This document shows, piece after piece, positions 58,405 through 64,000 of a DNA stretch of 64,000 nucleotides (within the stretch, counting starts at the first letter, position 1; each line of letters begins with the position of its first letter). A program made the translations under genes and the position numbers. The DNA lies in assembly GCA_965198495.1 (NCBI GenBank), contig CBDAPL010000002.1, positions 467,642 through 531,641 on the forward strand, read 5' to 3'. The notes under the pieces were generated by a model. The model did not search any database, had not been told where the DNA came from, and saw nothing but the letters and a program-made list of their open reading frames with translations. Origin of the DNA: Beijerinckiaceae bacterium. GTDB lineage: Bacteria; Pseudomonadota; Alphaproteobacteria; Rhizobiales; Beijerinckiaceae.

Positions 58405-59759
58405 GCTGCTTGCCGTGTGTCAGTGGCGGTCCCGGAGAGATCCCGCGCCAATTGTGCCAGCCCGTCCACTCGCAGCCGCAGGTCGAAGCCCTGCGTGCCG
58501 ACGTCGATGCGCTCGATAAGCAGCTGGACGATGCGCGCCTGCTCCGCCGGGAACAGCTCGTCCCAAAGCGGATCGAGATCCTGCAGCGCTCGCCGCACCT
58601 GATCCTCGCTGATGCCGTCGGCGGCTTTGGTCTTCGACGCGCGCCAAGTGCCCACCAAGATCTCCGGTGCGCGCAGCAGGCCACGCACCTGGTCGATCAC
58701 CGCGGCCTCGATCTCCGCCGCTGGCAGCCGTCCGACCGGGCACGCGTCGCGTCCCTGCTTCAGCACGGCCTGGCTGACGTAGTAGCGGTAGAGCCGGCCA
58801 CCCTTGCGGGTGTGGGTTGGCGACATGGCGCAGCCGGTCGGGCCGAAGATCAGCCCCTTCAGCAAGGCCGGCGTCGAGGTTCGCGTGTCAGCGGCGCGCT
58901 TGCGCGGGCTCTCGCCCAGGATGGCATGCACCTTGTCCCACAGCGCCCGCGTGACGATCGCCTCGTGCTCGCCCGGGTACGCCGTCCCCTTGTGCACCGC
59001 CTCACCGACGTACACCCGGTTGGTGAGCAGCTTGTAGAGGAAGCCCTTGTCGATCGGCTTGCCGCGGGGCGTCTGAACACCCTCTCTGGCCAGAACACCA
59101 GCCAGCGTCGTTGCCGAGCCGATTTTTGCGAAGCGCTCGAAGATCATGCGCACGGTCGCCGCCTGTTCCTCATGGATGACGAGCTTGCGGTCGCCGACGA
59201 CGTAGCCGAACGGCACGGTGCCGCCCATCCACATGCCCTTGCGGCGGGAGGCGGCGAACTTGTCCCGGATGCGCTCGCCGATGACCTCGCGCTCGAACTG
59301 CGCGAAGGACAGCAGCACGTTGAGGGTGAGCCGGCCCATCGACGTCGTGGTGTTGAAGGCCTGGGTCACCGAGACGAAGGTCACCTGATGGCGGTCGAAC
59401 ACCTCGACGAGCCTGGCGAAGTCCATCAGGGCGCGGCTGAGGCGGTCGATCTTGTAGACCACCACGACGTCGACGCGGCCGGCCTCGATGTCGGCGAGGA
59501 GGCGCCGCAGGGCAGGGCGCTCGAGCGTGCCGCCGGAGATACCGCCATCGTCGTAGCGGTCCGGCACCAGGAGCCAGCCTTCGGCACGCTGACTGAGGAT
59601 GTAGGCCTCGCAGGCCTCGCGCTGGGCATCCAGGCTGTTGAAGCTCAGCTCCAAGCCCTCCTCGCTGCTCTTGCGGGTGTAGACGGCACAACGCAGCTTG
59701 CGAGCCGCCGGCGGGGCCAGGAGCGCTTCCTGACGAGCCTTGGTGCCGCGGGCGCTCAT
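58401..59759 (-). CDS. large serine recombinase (resolvase/invertase N-domain plus recombinase and zinc-ribbon-like domains)
   Basis: Catalytic Ser context CAVYTRKSSEEG..SLDAQRE and VVVYKIDRLSR. Start chosen at MSARGTK (59759), giving an ATGA overlap with the upstream gene. Confidence 0.9.
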   Translation of the reverse strand: MSARGTKARQEALLAPPAARKLRCAVYTRKSSEEGLELSFNSLDAQREACEAYILSQRAEGWLLVPDRYDDGGISGGTLERPALRRLLADIEAGRVDVVVVYKIDRLSRALMDFARLVEVFDRHQVTFVSVTQAFNTTTSMGRLTLNVLLSFAQFEREVIGERIRDKFAASRRKGMWMGGTVPFGYVVGDRKLVIHEEQAATVRMIFERFAKIGSATTLAGVLAREGVQTPRGKPIDKGFLYKLLTNRVYVGEAVHKGTAYPGEHEAIVTRALWDKVHAILGESPRKRAADTRTSTPALLKGLIFGPTGCAMSPTHTRKGGRLYRYYVSQAVLKQGRDACPVGRLPAAEIEAAVIDQVRGLLRAPEILVGTWRASKTKAADGISEDQVRRALQDLDPLWDELFPAEQARIVQLLIERIDVGTQGFDLRLRVDGLAQLARDLSGTATDTRQAA

Positions 59760-60205
59760 GCGGCGGCTCGCTGCTGGTTCTTGAGGCCGAAGAACGTCCA
59801 GCCGTTCCAGCGCGTGCCGGTGATCGCGCGCGCCACTGCTGAGAGCGACTGGTGCGGCCGGCCCTGCCACTCGTACCCGTCAGCCGTGACCGTCACCGTC
59901 TGCACCATGCCCTGCCACTCGCGCACCAGCCTCGTGCCGGCGATCGGCTTGGCATTCATGCGCGGCTTGCGCTTGCCCGAGCGCCGCCCGTCGATCTGCT
60001 CGCCCAGTGCCTCGAGCTTCTTCAGCGTCGCCGGCTTCAGCCCGCCGAAGGCCAGCTCCTGGATCCTGTAGGCCAATCGGCTCTCCAGGAAGCGACGATT
60101 AAACGGCGGCGGCTCGGTGTCGTTGAGCTTTCGCCATTGCGTCTTCAGGTCCGCCGTCGACGTCGTCTTCAACGCCGCCAGTTGCGCCAACACCATCTCG
60201 CTCAT
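59756..60205 (-). CDS. DUF2924 domain protein
   Basis: 149 aa. LKTQWRKL..PP..NRRFLESRLAYRIQELAFGGL..GTRLVREWQG and a C-terminal WNGWTFFGLK. Typical partner gene of this recombinase type. Confidence 0.7.
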   Translation of the reverse strand: MSEMVLAQLAALKTTSTADLKTQWRKLNDTEPPPFNRRFLESRLAYRIQELAFGGLKPATLKKLEALGEQIDGRRSGKRKPRMNAKPIAGTRLVREWQGMVQTVTVTADGYEWQGRPHQSLSAVARAITGTRWNGWTFFGLKNQQRAAA

Positions 60206-60399
60206 GCCCCTGCCTCACCCTTGCACTTCCGTTGCGCACCACCGCTCTGCTGCAGCGGCAAGTCGAGGCAACTGTCTCCGGGCGGCGAAGATAAACGAGT
60301 TGACTGACGGTGCTTCAGGCGGACCAAGCCGGCGGCAAGGATCTCGCACAAGGCGGAGAGGCGTTCGTCGGGAGGCAAACAACGCGTACTTGCGACCAT
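60202..60399 (-). CDS. small conserved leader protein of the recombinase module
   Basis: 65 aa. ..CEILAAGLVRLKHRQS.. resembles short ORFs I recall upstream of DUF2924/recombinase pairs. ATGA overlap with DUF2924. Confidence 0.4.
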   Translation of the reverse strand: MVASTRCLPPDERLSALCEILAAGLVRLKHRQSTRLSSPPGDSCLDLPLQQSGGAQRKCKGEAGA

Positions 60400-60606
60400 G
60401 CGAAAACGATGCGCTCGCCCAAGCGGAAAGGATAGCGAAATTAGCTGTTGAAAGTAGGCAGGCGATGAAGAATGAGATCGCGAGAATCCTGCGGATCACC
60501 TCCGAGGTGGCCACCCGTATTTCGGTCCCACCTACGACTCGACAAACAGAAAATGTGAGAACATAATAGGAACATAGAGGATGCACGGGAAAGCCGGAGA
60601 AGGTCA

Positions 60607-61401
60607 GTGTCTGGAGTGAACCAGCAGGCAGGCCGCCTCCTTGAAGGCTGCGCTCCTGTGCTTGATCAGGCTTTTGAGGAAGACAGCCTTTGCCCATCCT
60701 TGAGATGGGCGCTGGTGCTCGCTGATATGCGGGCGCGCATGTTCTTCCCCAATCCAGTCGAGGCTGAGCGCTATCTTCACGTAATGTTCGGCTACGTGAC
60801 CGCGGCGGCGTTTGTCGACATCGATCGTACTTTTACTGCTGCCGAGATCAACGAAGCGGAAGCCGATATAGAAGCCTATATGGATCTCGATTTGGAAGCC
60901 CATAGCGCGGGAGCGCGAACGCCGGCGAAGTCGGGAGAAGAGCGGTGGATCCACGCTGGTTTGATTACAGCTTATATTTTGTTGATGCCGCTCGCTGTCC
61001 AGACTCGATCTGGACAGAAGGTTGGACGGCGAGCCGCCTTCAGGGTCCTAACCGCGTGGCTTGCCGAACGAAACGGCATGATAGGAGCCAAGGAGCGGAG
61101 CCTCCAGGAGATTTGGCGCAGGTACCAGAGCGTCGCACATCTCTGGGCCACCTATCACATCGTCAAGATCTTCCCGAAGTCGGAGGATGATCTGATCTGC
61201 TTCCTGGCGGTCGCCGACCATATTCGCCAGCTCGGCGAGAGTTACCGTCCGGAACGATCGAAGGAGACGTTGCTCGATCCGCGTGTCACCTGGCGGGTTG
61301 CGCCAGAGCTCCAGTTGCCCGAGGTGACACTCGACTGGTCGTGCATCAAATTACCTGAGAAATGGATGCACAAGGCAACGGAGGCTTGCAACGACGACTG
61401 A
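60607..61401 (+). CDS. hypothetical protein (accessory cargo, lower GC)
   Basis: 264-aa ORF with no recognisable motif. Start uncertain (GTG at 60607 or an internal ATG near 60727). Confidence 0.5.
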   Translation: MSGVNQQAGRLLEGCAPVLDQAFEEDSLCPSLRWALVLADMRARMFFPNPVEAERYLHVMFGYVTAAAFVDIDRTFTAAEINEAEADIEAYMDLDLEAHSAGARTPAKSGEERWIHAGLITAYILLMPLAVQTRSGQKVGRRAAFRVLTAWLAERNGMIGAKERSLQEIWRRYQSVAHLWATYHIVKIFPKSEDDLICFLAVADHIRQLGESYRPERSKETLLDPRVTWRVAPELQLPEVTLDWSCIKLPEKWMHKATEACNDD

Positions 61402-61519
61402 CGCAATATTAGAACAAGCTTTTGCACTAGTGCGCTTTCCGTCCGAAACGTTGCGCCTGTCGCGGTAGTAATAGGAAGTCTATGTCGCTCCTGGGAAACA
61501 TCAGGGGCAACAAGGAAAG

Positions 61520-61762
61520 ATGATACAGAAGCCAGAAGGCGGCCGATCGGAAAAACACACAGGCGATCCTGCGCGACACCTCAACCAGGTCGAACTCTCT
61601 CGCAGATGGTCGATCAGTCCGCGTACTCTCGAGAACTGGCGCTGGCGCAACGAGGGGCCGGTCTATCTGAAGATCGGCGGCAGGGTCGCCTATCGGCTTG
61701 ACGACGTAGAGGCGTTTGAGGCCCAGCAGGTCCGCACGCCGGGGCAGGCCAGGAATGGCTAG
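61520..61762 (+). CDS. AlpA/excisionase-type helix-turn-helix protein
   Basis: 80 aa. LNQVELSRRWSISPRTLENWRWRNEGPVYLKIGGRVAYRLDDVEAFE. RBS aaggaaag upstream. Confidence 0.7.
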   Translation: MIQKPEGGRSEKHTGDPARHLNQVELSRRWSISPRTLENWRWRNEGPVYLKIGGRVAYRLDDVEAFEAQQVRTPGQARNG

Positions 61763-63158
61763 CCGCGCGACTCGCTCTCGGCAAAGAGAGGAAGCCAAGC
61801 CAAAGCCGACGCCGCTGACCGAGGACAGAGCCGCAAAACGCTTCCTCACCGCTCACGGCAAGAGGCTGAGATACTGCCACGATCACAAGGCCTGGTTCGT
61901 CTGGAACGGTGAAACCTGGCGAAAGAACAGCACGAGCTTCGCCTTTCATCTGGCGAGAGAGCTGGCCAGGAGGATCGCGAGCAAGGCCGACAACACAGTT
62001 AGGGTGTCAGCTGGTCGAGCCTCTTTTGCCGCCAACATCGAGGCCTTCGCCAGAGCCGATCCAGGCTTTGCTGTTGCGGCAAATTGTTGGGATCGCGATG
62101 CCTACCTTCTTGGCACGCCCGCAGGAACAATCGACCTTCGCACGGGCGCTCTGCAGCGGGCCAAGCCTGGAGACTACATTACGAAGAGCACCGCAGTCGC
62201 GCCTGCTGAAACTGCGAGCTGTCCTCGTTGGCTGCAGTTTTTGGATGAGGCCACGGGCGGCGACGTCGGGCTGATCCGCTTCATGCAGCAGTGGAGCGGA
62301 TACGTGTTGACAGGAGACACCACGCAACAGGCGCTCGTCTTCCTCTTCGGTGACGGCGGCAATGGCAAATCGGTGTTTGTGAACGCGGTTGCAGGTGTCC
62401 TCGGCGACTACGCAGCGACCGCCGCCATGGATACGTTCGTCGCTTCGCAGACCGAACGGCACATGGCCGAGCTTGCGATGCTGCGGGGCTCTCGCCTGGT
62501 TACGGCTTCCGAGACCGAGGAGGGTCGCTTCTGGGCCGAGAGCCGCATCAAGCAGCTGACGGGTGGCGATCCGATAACGGCTCGCTTCATGCGCCAAAAC
62601 TTCTTCACCTACATGCCCGCCTTCAAGCTGATGATCGTCGGCAATCATGCGCCCAAGCTCAAGCAGGTCGACGCCGCGACGCGCCGTCGCTTCATCATGG
62701 CTCCATTCAGCCGCAGGCCGCAGACACCGGATCGCAGTCTTGAGCGGAAGCTGCGAGATGAGTGGCCTGGCATCCTCAGGTGGATGATCGAAGGCTGCCT
62801 TGATTGGCAGGAAAACGGACTTATCAGACCGGCGTGCATCGAAGAAGCGACAGCGTCCTATTTCGACGATCAGGATCTGCTGGGCGATTGGCTGAGCCAG
62901 TGCTGTGAGCTCGGCGATGGAAAGAAGGCGCCGAGCGGTTGGCTCTTCGGCTCTTGGCAAGCCTACGCGATCGAGAACTTCGTGGAGCCGGGCTCAATTG
63001 GAAGCTTCTCACAAGCTCTCGAGAAGCGAGGCCTTTGCCTTCTGAAAAACGTACCGACCGGCATCGGATCGCAGCGGCGCCGAGGCTTCAGAGGCATAGC
63101 GCTGATCGATGAAGCGAACTCGACGAATTGGAGTGGCGAGGCCGATGAGGCGAGGTGA
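61755..63158 (+). CDS. phage/plasmid primase, P4 family (D5-type helicase-primase C-terminal domain)
   Basis: Walker A GDGGNGKSV, TGGDPITARFMRQNFF and MIVGNHAPK motifs. The ATG at 61755 overlaps the upstream stop. Confidence 0.85.
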   Translation: MASRATRSRQREEAKPKPTPLTEDRAAKRFLTAHGKRLRYCHDHKAWFVWNGETWRKNSTSFAFHLARELARRIASKADNTVRVSAGRASFAANIEAFARADPGFAVAANCWDRDAYLLGTPAGTIDLRTGALQRAKPGDYITKSTAVAPAETASCPRWLQFLDEATGGDVGLIRFMQQWSGYVLTGDTTQQALVFLFGDGGNGKSVFVNAVAGVLGDYAATAAMDTFVASQTERHMAELAMLRGSRLVTASETEEGRFWAESRIKQLTGGDPITARFMRQNFFTYMPAFKLMIVGNHAPKLKQVDAATRRRFIMAPFSRRPQTPDRSLERKLRDEWPGILRWMIEGCLDWQENGLIRPACIEEATASYFDDQDLLGDWLSQCCELGDGKKAPSGWLFGSWQAYAIENFVEPGSIGSFSQALEKRGLCLLKNVPTGIGSQRRRGFRGIALIDEANSTNWSGEADEAR

Positions 63159-63225
63159 GGCGCCTTTATTAGATGATCGGCCATACGCGTAAAAACAAAC
63201 ATATATGGGGTAAAGGGTATGAGGC

Positions 63226-63268
63226 GCCTCGGGATGCCTCAGCCGCCTCGGAATGCCTCAGCCGCCTC
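63226..63268. repeat. 19-bp direct repeat x2 plus a 5-bp partial copy (gcctcgg[g/a]atgcctcagcc)
   Basis: Read directly: 63226-63244, 63245-63263 and gcctc at 63264-63268. Flanked by an AT-rich tract (63190-63215) and a T-run. Confidence 0.9.
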
Positions 63269-63397
63269 TTCTGTTTTTGTGGCAGCGAGGAAAACTCTCT
63301 GGCGGAAAGAAAACAAACGAAACGCGGAGTAGTGTGCGGTGATGTCTGCCGATGGTGCGATGTGGGACAATAGCGCATCGCCTTCATCGAGCCCGGC

Positions 63398-63862
63398 ATG
63401 TCGGACGCCAGCACCAGCCCGGGGCGGAACCCGGGCAACCGCACGGACAACCGTGGTCGAGGCAGGGCTCACCAGCCGACGGACGCGTCGCGCAAGCAGA
63501 TCGAGGCTCTCGCGAGCTTCGGAGTGCCTCGCAGCGAGATCGCCAAGGTCGCGGGAATCTGTCTCGGCACGCTGGTGAAGCATTACGGCGAGACGCTCGA
63601 CATTGCGGCGACGAAGGCCAACTCCCTCGTCGCGCAGAGCCTGTTCAATCGCGCCGTCAAGGGAGACGGAGCGGCGGCGACGAGCGCGGCGATCTTCTGG
63701 TTGAAGGTCCGAGCGGGCTGGCGGGAGAGGGACGTCCATGAGGTCACAGGGCTGAACGGCGGACCGATCCAGATGGTCGATGTGAGCAAGCTCTCGGATG
63801 CGCAGCTCGACGCGCTTCAGCCGGTGCTCTCGTCGCTTGCTGTTTCGGAGGAAGGTCGATGA
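63398..63862 (+). CDS. phage-related HTH protein (terminase small-subunit-like)
   Basis: 154 aa. ..SRKQIEALASFGVPRSEIAKVAGICLGTLVKHYGETL..AAIFWLKVRAGWRE resembles small phage DNA-binding or packaging proteins. Tentative. Confidence 0.4.
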   Translation: MSDASTSPGRNPGNRTDNRGRGRAHQPTDASRKQIEALASFGVPRSEIAKVAGICLGTLVKHYGETLDIAATKANSLVAQSLFNRAVKGDGAAATSAAIFWLKVRAGWRERDVHEVTGLNGGPIQMVDVSKLSDAQLDALQPVLSSLAVSEEGR

Positions 63863-64000
63863 TGGACGCTCATCAGGAGACGGCCTAGCCTGCCGATCGC
63901 GTCGAGCGCCGGCCTACAGCCAGCCTGGTGCCGTACGCCAGGAACAGCCGCACGCACTCGGCCGAGCAGGTCGACCAGATCGCGGCTTCGATCCGGCAGT
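63859..64000 (+). CDS. ParB-like nuclease domain protein N-terminus (typical start of phage DNA methyltransferases), 3'-partial, with an in-frame TAG at 63886
   Basis: Frame 1 reads MMDAHQETA*PADRVERRPTASLVPYARNSRTHSAEQVDQIAASIRQ. The LVPYARNxRTHS motif is ParB-like. Confidence 0.45.

Larger units (their letters stand above)
49753..64000. mobile_element. mosaic genomic island / stacked integrative elements downstream of tRNA-Ser (right end beyond the window)
   Basis: AT-richer stretch directly after the tRNA. Contains recombinase genes and remnants, an IS copy, pseudogenes, and phage/satellite replication genes. Confidence 0.6.

Overview
High-GC alphaproteobacterial chromosome segment with Hyphomicrobiales/Rhizobiales-type gene order. 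I did not compute GC; it looks like mid-60s %. Positions 1-49.6 kb are core chromosome. They carry: a J-domain gene with cobS-cobT, rpoH, an M48 lipoprotein protease, the prkA-yeaH-spoVR triad, scoA/scoB, a fused indolepyruvate:ferredoxin oxidoreductase followed by two TonB-like genes and a CopZ-like gene, proC-ybjN, a C-N hydrolase, tRNA-Arg(ACG), an orphan histidine kinase, and rsmB plus a heparinase II/III-like gene. Four envelope or small-molecule glycosylation loci are embedded in this core. (a) Two CrtX-like GT1 paralogs with a hexapeptide acetyltransferase and a P450 (8.8-13.8 kb). (b) A GT21 ceramide-glucosyltransferase-like gene, a Tat-exported Gfo/Idh/MocA oxidoreductase and an FA2H-like hydroxylase (27.7-30.8 kb). 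(c) An FAD oxidoreductase, a GtrA-like gene and a 665-aa polytopic membrane protein (36.8-40.8 kb). (d) A six-gene, overlap-coupled cluster of DUF2064 GT-A, GT87-like GT-C, radical SAM/SPASM, Dpm1-like GT2, PNP/MTAN-family phosphorylase and an ArnE/F-like half-transporter (44.4-49.5 kb). I rate (d) the best candidate for an uncharacterised system. tRNA-Ser(GGA) at 49663-49752 marks the start of a mosaic accessory region that runs past the window end. It holds a heavily decayed large gene, a 257-bp tandem duplication, a tyrosine-integrase stub and a frameshifted IS630 copy. It also holds a secreted-protein/DUF3142 cassette bracketed by diverged ~564-bp recombinase-derived repeats, an intact four-gene serine-recombinase module, and P4-like satellite/prophage genes (AlpA-like HTH, P4-type primase, ParB-like start). 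No rRNA genes or CRISPR arrays were seen. All calls rest on motif recognition in the supplied translations and manual reading of the DNA. No database searches were run.
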